A stretch of DNA of 64,000 nt. It comes from Acidimicrobium sp. (GTDB lineage Bacteria > Actinomycetota > Acidimicrobiia > Acidimicrobiales > Ilumatobacteraceae). Shown here piece after piece: positions 11,363 through 22,570 of the stretch. Position numbers and translations under genes: made by a program. The notes beneath the pieces were generated by a model, which was not told the DNA's origin, did not search any database, and saw only the letters and a list, made by a program, of their open reading frames with translations. The stretch spans positions 16,891 to 80,890 of the forward strand of contig NSIC01000001.1 of the NCBI GenBank assembly GCA_002737635.1, given 5' to 3'. Each line of letters begins with the position of its first letter. Within the stretch, counting starts at the first letter, position 1.

Positions 11363-11986
11363 GTGCAGGGGCCAGAGCAACTCGAATTTCGTGACAGAAT
11401 TGGTCGTCGCCTCGTCAGATGTCTAGTTGGTTTGGCGCTTTTCGCCATCGGCATCTCGTTACAAATGAATGCGAATATTGGTGCTCCACCGTGGGATGTA
11501 TTTCATCAAGGTGTGGCTAAACAAACCGAAATCTCAATCGGCAGAATCATCATGATGACCGGTTTTGCGTTGCTCTTGCTATGGATACCACTCAAACAAA
11601 AACCAGGACTCGGCACAGTTCTCAATGCTCTTGAAATCGGATTAGTCGCCGATATTGCACTTGAAATTATTCCTGAGCCGAACAACATATTTATTCGCAT
11701 AATCATGGTTGTGGTCGGCATTGTCACTGTTGCGATCGGTACCGGCCTGTACATCGGCAGTGCACTTGGACCAGGGCCACGCGACGGACTAATGACCGGT
11801 CTCGCCAAGCGGGGCATTCCCATTCGCCTTGGTCGTACCGCAATTGAAGTCGCGGTTTTGATAATCGGCATGATTCTCGGCGGCCAAGTCGGCATTGCAA
11901 CTTTCGCCTTCGCTTTTGGCGTCGGACCTCTAGTGCATTTCTTCTTGCCCCGTTTGGCAGTTAGTAGCGGTAGCGCTCGGCCTTAA
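11363..11986 (+). CDS. YczE/YitT family membrane protein
   Basis: [21 protein letters not shown], hydrophobic segments. Confidence 0.85.
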   Translation: MQGPEQLEFRDRIGRRLVRCLVGLALFAIGISLQMNANIGAPPWDVFHQGVAKQTEISIGRIIMMTGFALLLLWIPLKQKPGLGTVLNALEIGLVADIALEIIPEPNNIFIRIIMVVVGIVTVAIGTGLYIGSALGPGPRDGLMTGLAKRGIPIRLGRTAIEVAVLIIGMILGGQVGIATFAFAFGVGPLVHFFLPRLAVSSGSARP

Positions 11987-13415
11987 ACGGTCCGCTTGGT
12001 GCCACACCCAAATATTCTGACTGCTCGTCTGAGAGTTTCGTCAACTTTGCACCGAGAGCATCGAGATGCAACGACGCAACTTTTTCGTCGAGATGTTTCG
12101 GTAACACATAAACACCTAGTGGGTAATTCTTGGTGTTGTTAAACAATTCGATTTGGGCGATCACCTGATTGGTGAACGAGCAGCTCATGACAAAACTTGG
12201 GTGACCAGTGGCGCAACCTAAATTGACCAAGCGACCTTCTGCTAGCAGAATTACTGAATGGCCGTCACTGAATGTCCAAAGATCGGTGCCAGGTTTGAGT
12301 TCGTCGCGTGTTGCGTTGCTTCGCGAAAGTCCTGCCATATCAATCTCATTGTCAAAGTGGCCGATATTGCAGACAATCGCATTATGTTTCATCTTTGACA
12401 TGTGTTCGGCCGTAACGATAGCTTCATTGCCGGTTGCAGTCACAAAAATGTCGGCAACTTTCAGCACATTTTCAAGCGTGTCAACGATGTAGCCCTCCAT
12501 AGCTGCTTGTAGCGCATTTATCGGGTCGATCTCGGTCACGACAACTCGTGCACCTTGTCCGCGCAAACTCTGTGCACAACCCTTGCCCACATCGCCATAA
12601 CCGCAGACAACCGCCATCTTGCCGGCGATCATCACATCTGTGGCACGATTCAACGCATCGATCAACGAGTGTCGACAACCGTAGAGATTGTCAAACTTGC
12701 TTTTAGTAACACTGTCATTGACATTGATCGCCGGAAACAAAAGTTCTTTGTCTTCGGCCATCTTGTAGAGACGCTTGACGCCAGTTGTCGTCTCTTCAGT
12801 CACACCTTTTATCAGTTTCGACATCTTCGTCCAACGATTCGGACTTGTTTTTAATCCACGTTGCAATAGCCCGAGAACAATCGCCAACTCTGGGTTTGAC
12901 GCCGTCGTCGGATCAGGAACAGCGCCTGTTTTTTCGTATTCAACTCCTTTGTGCAACAACATCGTCGCGTCTCCACCGTCATCCAAAATCATGTTCGGGC
13001 CGTCACCGTCTGGCCAAGTCATCATTTGGTCTGTCGCCCACCAATACTCTTCGAGAGTTTCGCCCTTCCATGCATAAACCGGCACACCTTGTGGATTTTC
13101 TTGTGTACCGTCTGGACCAACCACAACGGCGGCAGCCGCGTGATCCTGAGTCGAGAAAATATTGCAACTCGCCCAACGCACTTCGGCGCCAAGGTGAACA
13201 AGAGTCTCAATCAATACAGCCGTCTGAATCGTCATGTGCAACGAACCAGAGATTCGCGCACCCTTCAGGGGTTTCGATGTACCAAACTCTTTGCGCAACG
13301 CACGCAAACCTGGCATCTCGTGCTCGGCAAGATGAATTTCTTTTCTGCCGAACAGCGCAAGTGATAAATCTGCAACTCGATAATCTTTGCGAGCTGCCAA
13401 TGATGATGATGCCAT
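11961..13415 (-). CDS. ahcY: Adenosylhomocysteinase
   Basis: [53 protein letters not shown]. Confidence 0.98.
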   Translation of the reverse strand: MASSSLAARKDYRVADLSLALFGRKEIHLAEHEMPGLRALRKEFGTSKPLKGARISGSLHMTIQTAVLIETLVHLGAEVRWASCNIFSTQDHAAAAVVVGPDGTQENPQGVPVYAWKGETLEEYWWATDQMMTWPDGDGPNMILDDGGDATMLLHKGVEYEKTGAVPDPTTASNPELAIVLGLLQRGLKTSPNRWTKMSKLIKGVTEETTTGVKRLYKMAEDKELLFPAINVNDSVTKSKFDNLYGCRHSLIDALNRATDVMIAGKMAVVCGYGDVGKGCAQSLRGQGARVVVTEIDPINALQAAMEGYIVDTLENVLKVADIFVTATGNEAIVTAEHMSKMKHNAIVCNIGHFDNEIDMAGLSRSNATRDELKPGTDLWTFSDGHSVILLAEGRLVNLGCATGHPSFVMSCSFTNQVIAQIELFNNTKNYPLGVYVLPKHLDEKVASLHLDALGAKLTKLSDEQSEYLGVAPSGPFKAERYRY

Positions 13416-13443
13416 GATTCTCCTGTTTAATTGAATTTCTGTA

Positions 13444-13689
13444 CTAAAAAGTTGGTTTCAAATTCAGCTGTGCCGCTTTAGCCATGATTCTCTCGTGCTC
13501 GACTTGATTAACAGTCGTCGCCTCGTCGATCAACATCACCGGAATGCCCTGACGTACTTGGTAGCGCATCTGCAGGCGCGGGTTGTACAACATCTCTTCG
13601 GCTTCGAAGTAGATCAGATTGCCTTTGTCCTTGGGGCAAGCCAAGATCTCGAGCAACCGTGGATTAAGTGATGAACTGGCTGATGACAC
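13444..13689 (-). CDS. Trm112 family protein
   Basis: [12 protein letters not shown]...[18 protein letters not shown] 13689 preceded by TATCGT-N7. Confidence 0.88.
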   Translation of the reverse strand: MSSASSSLNPRLLEILACPKDKGNLIYFEAEEMLYNPRLQMRYQVRQGIPVMLIDEATTVNQVEHERIMAKAAQLNLKPTF

Positions 13690-13715
13690 GGCTAATACGA
13701 TAACACTTACCGCAC

Positions 13716-15068
13716 TTAAGCCGTGATCAACATCAGCAACTCGGCTACATGCTCGTCGCATTCTTCGCGCGTTGCTGCTTCAAGATTCAATCGCAAAAGT
13801 GGCTCAGTATTTGATGGTCGAACATTGAACCACCACGAGCCGCAGTCAACTGTCAGACCGTCTAGGTGATCTTGTGGATATTTTGCGAACTGCTTGGTTA
13901 CTCGATCAATCACTTCTTGAATATTGCCAACCTGCATATTGATCTCACCACTATTGGCGTATTTTTCAAATGGTTTGCGCAATTCAGAAAGCGACTTTCC
14001 AGTACGACACATTTCGCCAAGCACAACCATAGTTGCGATCAAGCCGCTGTCGGCTCGATAGTTGTCGGCAAAATAATAATGCCCTGAATGTTCGCCCGCA
14101 AACACCGCGCCAGTTTGCGCCATGATTTGCTTCATATAACTATGGCCATTCTTCGTGCGAATTGGTTTGCCGCCGAGTGCCGTAACCGTCTCTGGCACGA
14201 TTCGTGAGCAGATCAAGTTGTACAAAATCGTCGCGCTTGGGCTCTTGCGCAAAAATACTGAAGCCAACAATGCGGTCGTCGTGCTACCCGAAACACTCTT
14301 GCCGGTCTCATCTACCAAAAACACGCGGTCCGCATCACCATCAAATGCAAGACCTACATCAAACTTGCCTGCGACGACCCGTGCTTGCAGATCACGCTGG
14401 TTAGCAGGCTGAATTGGGTCGGCAGGGTGATTCGGAAACGTGCCGTCGAGTTCGCCATACATGATCTCAATTTCGAATTTTTTTAGTCGATCAAAAACTG
14501 CAGGCGCCACCAAACCACCCATGCCGTTTGCCGTGTCAGCCACGACTCGCAACTTCGAAATACTTTCGACATCGATAAAACCAACTACATGGTCAACGAA
14601 TTCAGCGAGCATGTTCTTTTTTATAACCTCGCCTCGAGTCTTGGCAGGCGACGGTTGGTTGCCGTCCAAAACTTCTTGAGCAATCGCCTTCATCTCACGC
14701 AATCCGTTATCGATGCCGATTGATCGGGCACCAGACAAACAACACTTGATGCCGTTGTACTGAGCTGGGTTGTGTGAAGCCGTGAACATCGCCCCTGGTG
14801 CACTCAACTTGCCCGAAGCAAAATAAAGCATGTCGGTGCTCGCCAGACCGAGGTTGATTACGTCAACTCCCTGCTCGGTCAGCCCATTTTGAAATGCATC
14901 AACAAGATCCGGGCCACTCGGGCGCATGTCATGTGCGACGACAATAGTTTTCGCCTCCGAGAATTTTGCGAACGCCACGCCGAGTGCGTGAGCGAGAGTT
15001 ACGTCTAGTTGATCGGGCACAGTGCCTCGAATGTCGTAAGCCTTGACGACTGCTTCTAGGTTTGGCAC
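13716..15068 (-). CDS. manB: Phosphomannomutase/phosphoglucomutase
   Basis: KAYDIRG, TASHNP, FDGDADR, GEHSGH, VRPSNTEP. Confidence 0.93.
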   Translation of the reverse strand: MPNLEAVVKAYDIRGTVPDQLDVTLAHALGVAFAKFSEAKTIVVAHDMRPSGPDLVDAFQNGLTEQGVDVINLGLASTDMLYFASGKLSAPGAMFTASHNPAQYNGIKCCLSGARSIGIDNGLREMKAIAQEVLDGNQPSPAKTRGEVIKKNMLAEFVDHVVGFIDVESISKLRVVADTANGMGGLVAPAVFDRLKKFEIEIMYGELDGTFPNHPADPIQPANQRDLQARVVAGKFDVGLAFDGDADRVFLVDETGKSVSGSTTTALLASVFLRKSPSATILYNLICSRIVPETVTALGGKPIRTKNGHSYMKQIMAQTGAVFAGEHSGHYYFADNYRADSGLIATMVVLGEMCRTGKSLSELRKPFEKYANSGEINMQVGNIQEVIDRVTKQFAKYPQDHLDGLTVDCGSWWFNVRPSNTEPLLRLNLEAATREECDEHVAELLMLITA

Positions 15069-15079
15069 GACCGTAAAGA

Positions 15080-17479
15080 CTAGCGGTTTAACAATTTATG
15101 TTTTCGCGCAACGTGACGACCACGCCAGCGCACAGCCAATGTGCCAATACCGACGAGCGTCATGAAGTAGGCGAAAAAATCTACTGTGCTGAAACCGTAA
15201 TTTAACCGAACGTTCTTCTCCGTCGGAATCACGACCATCATGTTTGGGGCGACGCGAAATGGGCCTTGCGCATTCTCGACTTTCCAATTTGGAAAGTAAC
15301 TCATTCGCACGAGCACCGGCACACCAACTTTATCGACCGTAAAACTAATCGCCTCGTCTTCGAGCACCGTGTTGCTGATTTGCACAGGCGGTAACTCGAC
15401 TGCGTCAACAGTTTCTGAAGGCTTAACAATGTCAACTCTGCGAGACGGGTCAGTCGGTTCGCCTTGACGACGATTCAAGTCGATGACCACTTCGACTTTT
15501 TGCCACTGATCTGGGCCATCGGTAACCGGTATTGCTGTCCAGTCTTCCGGGTGCTGAAACCAACTCGTACCAATTTCGAGCCACCGCTCCTTTGGATCAC
15601 CACTTTTGCTCGACACAATCACAGGTTGCACCACCATTGGAACGACCAAATCGCTGTCTGCAACTTTGTAGATCACCCAAGGTCCGCTTTGGGCAATTTT
15701 TACAAGCGCTGCTTGCATATTGGCTTGATTAATTGCTTCGGCGGTGAAAGCCATAAAGTAGCGAACGCCAAGTTCTTGCAAATATCGAACACCAAGACCG
15801 GCGTTGTTGTCGTCATAACGCAACTCACGCACAGGGTTGCTACTTTGTTTCGACATCGCGGCGGCTGCAATGAAGTGATACGGCGTCGTACCCGCTGCCT
15901 CAAAATTAAGACCTTCCATTGAACCGATACAACCTTTTGTCCAATGCGGCAAAAGCATCAGCGACATCGTCGTACCGTATTTATTCATTTCGCTGTTGTT
16001 CTCCCAGAGCGCCCGACCACAACCCAAATTTGGATCTTGTCCAATGTTCTTCATCGTTTCGACAACAGCCCGATATTCGGCATAGGCACTCTTGCCCTCG
16101 TAGCCAGTGAAGTTCCAACGTGCCCAACCGTCCACGAAGCCATCATTGGTCGCTTTGGTCGAGATAACCCCCCACCTATATATAGTCTGTCCGGCGGCAT
16201 TTGTCGTCAGCTTGCCAAACGGCATTTCTTGAAATCGAAAGCCAATTATTCCGACCACCAAAACCGTGACTGCGGTGATCCACGACAAGTTGAACTTTGG
16301 GTTGCTGCTTATAGCTACGACAGGTTTTAGATCTTCGACAGATTGATGCACCAGCGCTTTACGACCGAGCTGCTGCAAATGATAAAACGCCACCAACCAA
16401 ACGGCAGTTTGATACATGCCAATGATCATCATGAAGTAGCGCAACAAATAAAGAAACGGCAACAACCGCGGATTCCATAACAGGCCGATCACCGGAAGAC
16501 TCTCGCGCCCAAAATAAACGCCAAATACCAACACGATGCAATAAACGCCCATCCAAATGCCGATGCGGTTTCGGGTTTTGACGAAATTGCCAAATGCGAT
16601 TATCGCAAAACCAGTGATCACTACATTCCAAAAAGTAGTCAACGGAAAGTACATACTCCAGAACGAATCGCTCGCACCACTTGGTCGAGGTTCATATTTC
16701 ATATCGGTCATAAATGCATGACCCGTCAAAAACGGTAGAACCCAGAACGACGAAAGCAGCACCGCGGTAATTGAAATCGTCGTCGCCGTAATTGTGCTTC
16801 GGCGTTCACCCCAAACTACCGCCAGCAAGACAACGCCACCAAAAATAAATAAGAGAACGATGCCGTGACTCAGCGCGCTCAAGGCGATGACAACTGCGGT
16901 GAGCATCTTGCCGCGATGCTCTTTGAATGCACGAATCAAAAGACCAAAGCCAAGCACCGCCAACGACAATGAAATTGAGAACGAAAACTCGCCCGCCATT
17001 GTTGAAGCGATGTTGCCACCGTAAATCGTGAAACTCTCGTCGTATAAAAAGACAACAGACGCGAGAGTCAATAATTCAGGAATTGGAAAGAGAAATTTTG
17101 CAAACTTGCCGAACAGCCAAGTACACACCGGCAACGTCAAAATACCCAGAACTGCGATCACCTTCAGCGCGATGCCGTAGGGCAAAATCAGATCCACAAA
17201 CAAAACTGCCAACGCCGGCACGACCATGTAGAACCGATACATCGGAAAACCCGAATACCAGTCGTTACTCCAACCGGTAAGTCGAAAGTGCGGCAACAAA
17301 AAATCTCGTAAATACGCCGGGCCATATACATGGGCGCCCATGTCTCCACCTGTAGGCGTGTTATTGCGCAAAATCAACTCGGGGTGTAGCGTCATCAACA
17401 ACATCAGTGTTGAGCCAGCAACTACTGCTGCTGAAGTAATTTGCTCAGCTGACCAACGCCTAGAAAAAAATTGATTCAC
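15080..17479 (-). CDS. Large polytopic membrane protein, 'PTPS-related'/GT-C-like
   Basis: TPTGGDMGAH loop, WYSGFPMYRFY, about 12 hydrophobic segments, soluble C-terminal region ending SYFPNWKV. Confidence 0.6.
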   Translation of the reverse strand: MNQFFSRRWSAEQITSAAVVAGSTLMLLMTLHPELILRNNTPTGGDMGAHVYGPAYLRDFLLPHFRLTGWSNDWYSGFPMYRFYMVVPALAVLFVDLILPYGIALKVIAVLGILTLPVCTWLFGKFAKFLFPIPELLTLASVVFLYDESFTIYGGNIASTMAGEFSFSISLSLAVLGFGLLIRAFKEHRGKMLTAVVIALSALSHGIVLLFIFGGVVLLAVVWGERRSTITATTISITAVLLSSFWVLPFLTGHAFMTDMKYEPRPSGASDSFWSMYFPLTTFWNVVITGFAIIAFGNFVKTRNRIGIWMGVYCIVLVFGVYFGRESLPVIGLLWNPRLLPFLYLLRYFMMIIGMYQTAVWLVAFYHLQQLGRKALVHQSVEDLKPVVAISSNPKFNLSWITAVTVLVVGIIGFRFQEMPFGKLTTNAAGQTIYRWGVISTKATNDGFVDGWARWNFTGYEGKSAYAEYRAVVETMKNIGQDPNLGCGRALWENNSEMNKYGTTMSLMLLPHWTKGCIGSMEGLNFEAAGTTPYHFIAAAAMSKQSSNPVRELRYDDNNAGLGVRYLQELGVRYFMAFTAEAINQANMQAALVKIAQSGPWVIYKVADSDLVVPMVVQPVIVSSKSGDPKERWLEIGTSWFQHPEDWTAIPVTDGPDQWQKVEVVIDLNRRQGEPTDPSRRVDIVKPSETVDAVELPPVQISNTVLEDEAISFTVDKVGVPVLVRMSYFPNWKVENAQGPFRVAPNMMVVIPTEKNVRLNYGFSTVDFFAYFMTLVGIGTLAVRWRGRHVARKHKLLNR

Positions 17480-17516
17480 TATAAAGAAACTCTATCTGTG
17501 GGCAACTGATGAGTTT

Positions 17517-18260
17517 CTAGAGCGTTGACACGAGCAATAGTCCTGTTGCGTTGAACGTAATGTGGGCAACTATCGACATGCCGAGTCTGCTGGTTCGATG
17601 AAAGCAATACCCCAAGACGAGGGCGAACGCCAATAGCCCCGGAAACTCGACAATTTGCAAGTGCACGACAGCGAACCAAACTGCAGTTATCACCATTGCA
17701 ACGATGCCACTGAAACGACCGTCCAAACTCGACTGAATCAATCCGCGATAAACCAACTCTTCGACAAGCGGTGCACCAATAACCACAACAACGATCAAAA
17801 CGATCAGCCAACCACCGGTGGCGTTGTCGAACAAATCTCGCGCACGTTTCTCAACAAGCTCGGGCGCAAACTTTTCAGGAAACGCCAAGCGAAATGGCCA
17901 AGTCACCAGCCCAACCAGCAGCAACTGACTAGCGATACCGATCGGCACACCCCAGAGATCGATTTTGCGAAAGATCAAAAAATAATCTTTCCAGAAAACT
18001 CCACTGCCAAATTTTTTCGAAATTAAATTTAAACCAATCATGAATGGCAGCCAAAGAGCGAGTGCCGAAACACCAAGAAACCATTTGGGTTCTTTGCCGA
18101 CAACTAGCTCTGAGTTGCCGGTCGCAACCAAAATTGCCGAACTTATGACTAGGGCGACCCCGTAACTCGCGCTCCAAGTAAATATCGCGACTTTTATCGG
18201 AAACTTTTTTAAACCAGCCGGCTCCTGACCATAAGGCGGAGCCCAAGGCGCTTGGTTCAT
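17517..18260 (-). CDS. CPBP (Abi/CAAX type II) intramembrane protease
   Basis: EELVYRG, FAVVH, HITFN motifs. Confidence 0.92.
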   Translation of the reverse strand: MNQAPWAPPYGQEPAGLKKFPIKVAIFTWSASYGVALVISSAILVATGNSELVVGKEPKWFLGVSALALWLPFMIGLNLISKKFGSGVFWKDYFLIFRKIDLWGVPIGIASQLLLVGLVTWPFRLAFPEKFAPELVEKRARDLFDNATGGWLIVLIVVVVIGAPLVEELVYRGLIQSSLDGRFSGIVAMVITAVWFAVVHLQIVEFPGLLAFALVLGYCFHRTSRLGMSIVAHITFNATGLLLVSTL

Positions 18261-18487
18261 CCCGCTAGGCGGTTTGGCATCACAACTCTAAATCGGTTGC
18301 GGCGATCTTCAAGCCTCCAACCAGATGGAGCGGTGATTTTTACACCGTGTCGATCACACAGGTCATATGCATGCGGATCTCGCTCAGCAGTCAGGTCGTC
18401 TATCCACACAAGTGCGCGACTGTATTGGTAAGTCAAAGTTATTGAAGCAAGTTCATTGCATGTACAGCGTGAACAACGACGAACCAT
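18257..18487 (-). CDS. DUF3499 family protein
   Basis: RRCSRCTC..A..TLTYQY...YDLCDRH....APSGW; usual position near manB. Confidence 0.85.
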   Translation of the reverse strand: MVRRCSRCTCNELASITLTYQYSRALVWIDDLTAERDPHAYDLCDRHGVKITAPSGWRLEDRRNRFRVVMPNRLAG

Positions 18488-18594
18488 GACATTTACATTA
18501 ATTGATGAGACGACTGCCACAGTGGATTTCAACGCGTGCCATTATCGAACAATCACCTTGTGCACTCTGACTATCGGGTCGTATCATAGAAACC

Positions 18595-20601
18595 GTGACC
18601 AAACTTCCACCTCCGCCACCACCAGCAAAACCTTCGTCATCAAAGCGCAAGCCTGCTACGCGCAAGAAGCCTGCAAAATTTCTCGGCAAAAAATCGAACA
18701 AAACATCAGCCAGCAAGTCAAACGTCAATAGTGAAGCCGACAAGCCCAGCATGCCCCGTTGGGCAACTTGGGCGATCGTCGCAGTCGTCATTCTGTTGAT
18801 TGCCGGCCCCCGAATTTGGCCAACCTCAACGGCAACAAAATTTACATACACCGAATTTCTAGAACTCGTCAAACAAGGTCAAATCAAACAGGTCGAGATC
18901 AACAACCTGTCGAACCAAATCAGCGGCACGCTCAAAGATGGTGGCGAGTTCGTCACCACTGGTGCAGTCGCTCTATCTGACGCGGACGAAACTTTGCTCA
19001 AAGAAAAAGGCGTCGACTACGACTACTCGACTCCGCAGGGCAACTTCTTCACAAATTTGATCCCGCTGTTGTTGCCGTTCATTTTGATCATGGGTTTTTT
19101 CTTTTGGATGCAAAAGCGTGCAATGGGCCAAGCTGGCAGCATCATGTCGATTGGTCGAAGTCGTGCCAAAAACTACAACGCTGACAAACCTGCAACTACT
19201 TTCGCCGACGTCGCCGGCTACGAAGGTGTAAAGCAAGAGATTCGAGAAGTCGTCGATTTCTTAAAGATGCCGGAAAGTTTCAAAGAAATCGGTGCTCGCG
19301 TGCCAAAGGGAGTACTCCTGGTTGGCCCTCCTGGCACTGGTAAAACACTCTTCGCTCGTGCGGTTGCCGGTGAGGCTGGCGTTGGTTTCTTGTCGGTCAC
19401 TGGTTCTGACTTCATGGAGATGTTTGTTGGCGTCGGTGCAAGCCGAGTTCGTGATCTGTTCCAACAGGCACGAAAAATGGGACGAGCGATCATCTTCGTC
19501 GATGAAATTGATTCAATCGGTCGCAAGCGCGGTGCCGGCCTTGGTGGCGGTCACGACGAGCGTGAGCAAACTCTCAATCAGCTGCTCGCCGAGATGGATG
19601 GCTTTGAAACCACCGAAGGTGTAATCGTGATGGCGGCAACAAACCGCCCCGACATTTTGGATGCTGCGCTGTTACGCCCGGGTCGATTCGATCGCCAAGT
19701 AATCATGCCGTTGCCAGAATGCGAAGAGCGTCTCGCAATTCTCACCGTGCACTCAAAAGGCAAGCGAATGGGTACAGATGTCGTGCTTGACACAATGGCC
19801 AAGGCGACGCCTGGCATGAGTGGCGCCGATCTCGCAAACCTGGTCAATGAATCGGCGTTGCTCGCTGTTCGACGCGGATCAAAAGTGATCGAACACATCG
19901 ATTTCGAAAACGCTCGAGACCGAGTGATCATGGGTGCCCGTCGTGAAAGTTTAATTCTTAACGCAGAAGAAAAACGAGCGACTGCATATCACGAAGGTGG
20001 TCATGCTGTACTCGCGACTGTTCTGCCTCATAGCGACCCGCTACACAAGGTCACGATTTTGCCGCGTGGCATGGCACTCGGTGTCACATGGACACTTCCA
20101 GAAGAACGCCACACATATTCGCGTGACTATTTTAAAGACATGATCTGCAAAGCAATGGGTGGTCGTGTCGCCGAAATGATCGTCTTTGGACATCTGAATA
20201 GTGGCGCCGCAAACGACCTCGAACAGGCAACCTCGATCGCCCGCCGCATGGTGCGCGAATGGGGCATGAGTGATGCCGTCGGACCAATGGCCTGGAGTTC
20301 ACAGCAACAAGTCTTTCTAGGCGAAGACCTGATGACTAACGGTCGCGAATATTCAGACGAGACCGCACGCATGATCGACTTAGAAATTGGTTTAATCTTG
20401 CGCGAGCAAGAAGCCCGAGCCAAGGTGTTGCTCGAAAAAAATCGTGCTGGTCTCGACCTCGTAGCCCATAGCCTGCTCGAACAAGAGACAATCGACGGCG
20501 CAACTGTCGCCCGTTTGGTTCAAGAAGGCCTCGGCCGACCACAAATTGTCGAACCATCACCCGGCGTGACGCGAAAAACTAGCGAAACAACTGAAAATTA
20601 A
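18595..20601 (+). CDS. ftsH: ATP-dependent zinc metalloprotease FtsH
   Basis: Two TM segments, [28 protein letters not shown]. Confidence 0.96.
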   Translation: MTKLPPPPPPAKPSSSKRKPATRKKPAKFLGKKSNKTSASKSNVNSEADKPSMPRWATWAIVAVVILLIAGPRIWPTSTATKFTYTEFLELVKQGQIKQVEINNLSNQISGTLKDGGEFVTTGAVALSDADETLLKEKGVDYDYSTPQGNFFTNLIPLLLPFILIMGFFFWMQKRAMGQAGSIMSIGRSRAKNYNADKPATTFADVAGYEGVKQEIREVVDFLKMPESFKEIGARVPKGVLLVGPPGTGKTLFARAVAGEAGVGFLSVTGSDFMEMFVGVGASRVRDLFQQARKMGRAIIFVDEIDSIGRKRGAGLGGGHDEREQTLNQLLAEMDGFETTEGVIVMAATNRPDILDAALLRPGRFDRQVIMPLPECEERLAILTVHSKGKRMGTDVVLDTMAKATPGMSGADLANLVNESALLAVRRGSKVIEHIDFENARDRVIMGARRESLILNAEEKRATAYHEGGHAVLATVLPHSDPLHKVTILPRGMALGVTWTLPEERHTYSRDYFKDMICKAMGGRVAEMIVFGHLNSGAANDLEQATSIARRMVREWGMSDAVGPMAWSSQQQVFLGEDLMTNGREYSDETARMIDLEIGLILREQEARAKVLLEKNRAGLDLVAHSLLEQETIDGATVARLVQEGLGRPQIVEPSPGVTRKTSETTEN

Positions 20602-20606
20602 ATTTC

Positions 20607-21059
20607 TTAGTGATCGTGATTGGCGTCACGACACGAAGGCACATCAACCTTTGGGTCTCGACACTTCGCTAATGCTGCCCAAAGATCAGTTGCCGTAACG
20701 GGCCCGACCGTTGCAAATCTGACCACGCCTTGGTTGTCGGCAATCACGGTTGTCGGCACAGAATCAATTTGATATCGCTCATGCAAATCGCGCTTGTCAA
20801 GATAGTCGATTATATTCACCGCAACCTCGTTGCTTTCAAGTACTAAAGCTTTTGTCGCTACATCACGACAGGCATCGCAAGTAGACGATGTAAATACTGC
20901 AACCAACCAACTCTTATTCGCCGCCGAAAAGTCTTGCCAGTCCAACTGATGCGGCACTGCCCCGCGCACCTGGGCTGGTGCATCAGACTTGCGCAGGCGC
21001 AATATCAGACTCATTACGCCAGCGATCAGCAATACCGCAAACGCAACAGTAGTACGCAT
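20607..21059 (-). CDS. Membrane-anchored thioredoxin-fold protein
   Basis: N-terminal TM, FTSSTCDAC (CxxC), SVPT cis-Pro loop. Confidence 0.7.
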   Translation of the reverse strand: MRTTVAFAVLLIAGVMSLILRLRKSDAPAQVRGAVPHQLDWQDFSAANKSWLVAVFTSSTCDACRDVATKALVLESNEVAVNIIDYLDKRDLHERYQIDSVPTTVIADNQGVVRFATVGPVTATDLWAALAKCRDPKVDVPSCRDANHDH

Positions 21060-22570
21060 TACTTTCCCGACACAACTGTGATGCCCGTCGATCGATGCGG
21101 CAAGCCGAGCACGCTTGAAACACCGATGAGTTCGTGTCCGCGCGTTATCTCTCGCTGCACGACAATTTCGTTGTCCGCCTCAACCACGATTGGCAAGTCG
21201 GCACTCGTCGCCAGAATCTTCACTTCTAATATGGCCGCCGCACCCAACTGGATTTGTTTGAAACCGTCGATTGGCACCGACCCAGCAGGTCCAATTGTTG
21301 AGATTTTTATCGTTGTGACCAACGATGTCGCATTAAGGATAATTATCGAACCACCCGAAACCGGCACCCCGCTTGGCACTGTCCAAATTCGCGATGGCGC
21401 ACCAAACGGCGCACCAAAAACTGTTGTCGTGCCCGTTTTTTTATCTAACTTACGACTAACGACCTGTTCGACAACCACAAACTCATCTGACGAATCTTGG
21501 TCACTGGCTACAAAGTCGTCAGTGATGCTTGAAACAACGATTCCGTATCGACCGTCGGTGATCGCCGGCAACTTTGAAGTTGCCAAAGTTGTAACGCGCC
21601 CGGCAGGAATTGTCAATAAAAGTGGCTCACGAAAAATCTCGTCGGTGACACCATTCAAAAAAGCGACACTGACAGATTGATCTCTATCGGTCGGGTTAAA
21701 AACCACGAGCTGTTCATCTGAATCCAGATTTTTTTGACCACCGGCAAACCACCACTGACGACTTGTCGACGCCGCACCAAGCGAAGTCGAATAACCAAGA
21801 CGACCCCGACCAAAAAAATGTTGAAGTTTGCCAGCCACAAATCGACCCGATGATGCACGAATCGAAACTGCCAAAACAATTTCATTGCGCGCGCCTTGGT
21901 CACCCATCGCTAGCGAATAAACGCTCTCAGGCTCGATGATGATCCCTTTTAACGACGCTGGCTCGCGTTTGCCGTCGCCGGTGACAAAACTTATGTCGAC
22001 CACCGTTGCATCTGGAAACGGGTTACTAAGCAGGATGTTAAACAAGCTGTCCGACCCTGTAAAACCGTCGGCAAAAAACCAACGGTCAGACGGTTTGTTC
22101 GCGCACAACGAAACAGAGTCGCCAGCCGGGTGAATTATCCGCTGCTCAACTGCCGCACCACCATTATCAAGCTCAACGATCGCACTGATGTGTTTACTCT
22201 TGCGCCCGCCAGTTGCGTCGATCACGCGCCGAGTAAACGGCTGAACTACCAACAGTGCCGAGGCCGCAGGTTTATCACTCGACAAGAAAGTGACTTTGCC
22301 TGTGATCGGGATATCTGAAGAGTTCGCGATGATGATTTCACTAGTCACAGTCTTTTCTAAACCGGGCACTCCGGGGCAAAACCACGAAGATGAAACTTGC
22401 GAACTGCCAGCAACGCCGGGCATTGAAGACAAACCAAAAATGTTTTCAGATCTTTGCTCGGACAGAGTTTGAAAATCTTCATCGCCAAGTTGACTAACAA
22501 AAATCAACGCAACAAGTGCCGTCAGCACCAACAAGAGCGTCAGGGCGAAACGCCATTCAATCTTTTTCAT
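21059..22570 (-). CDS. DUF5719-like secreted or membrane-anchored protein
   Basis: N-terminal TM, WFCPG, repeated W(F/W)FA.G and L.NP motifs; follows large GT2. Confidence 0.72.
   Translation of the reverse strand: MKKIEWRFALTLLLVLTALVALIFVSQLGDEDFQTLSEQRSENIFGLSSMPGVAGSSQVSSSWFCPGVPGLEKTVTSEIIIANSSDIPITGKVTFLSSDKPAASALLVVQPFTRRVIDATGGRKSKHISAIVELDNGGAAVEQRIIHPAGDSVSLCANKPSDRWFFADGFTGSDSLFNILLSNPFPDATVVDISFVTGDGKREPASLKGIIIEPESVYSLAMGDQGARNEIVLAVSIRASSGRFVAGKLQHFFGRGRLGYSTSLGAASTSRQWWFAGGQKNLDSDEQLVVFNPTDRDQSVSVAFLNGVTDEIFREPLLLTIPAGRVTTLATSKLPAITDGRYGIVVSSITDDFVASDQDSSDEFVVVEQVVSRKLDKKTGTTTVFGAPFGAPSRIWTVPSGVPVSGGSIIILNATSLVTTIKISTIGPAGSVPIDGFKQIQLGAAAILEVKILATSADLPIVVEADNEIVVQREITRGHELIGVSSVLGLPHRSTGITVVSGK

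Noticed and set aside
13416..13443. SAH riboswitch upstream of ahcY
   Set aside because: Only 28 nt separate it from the Trm112 stop, mostly AT-rich spacer and RBS
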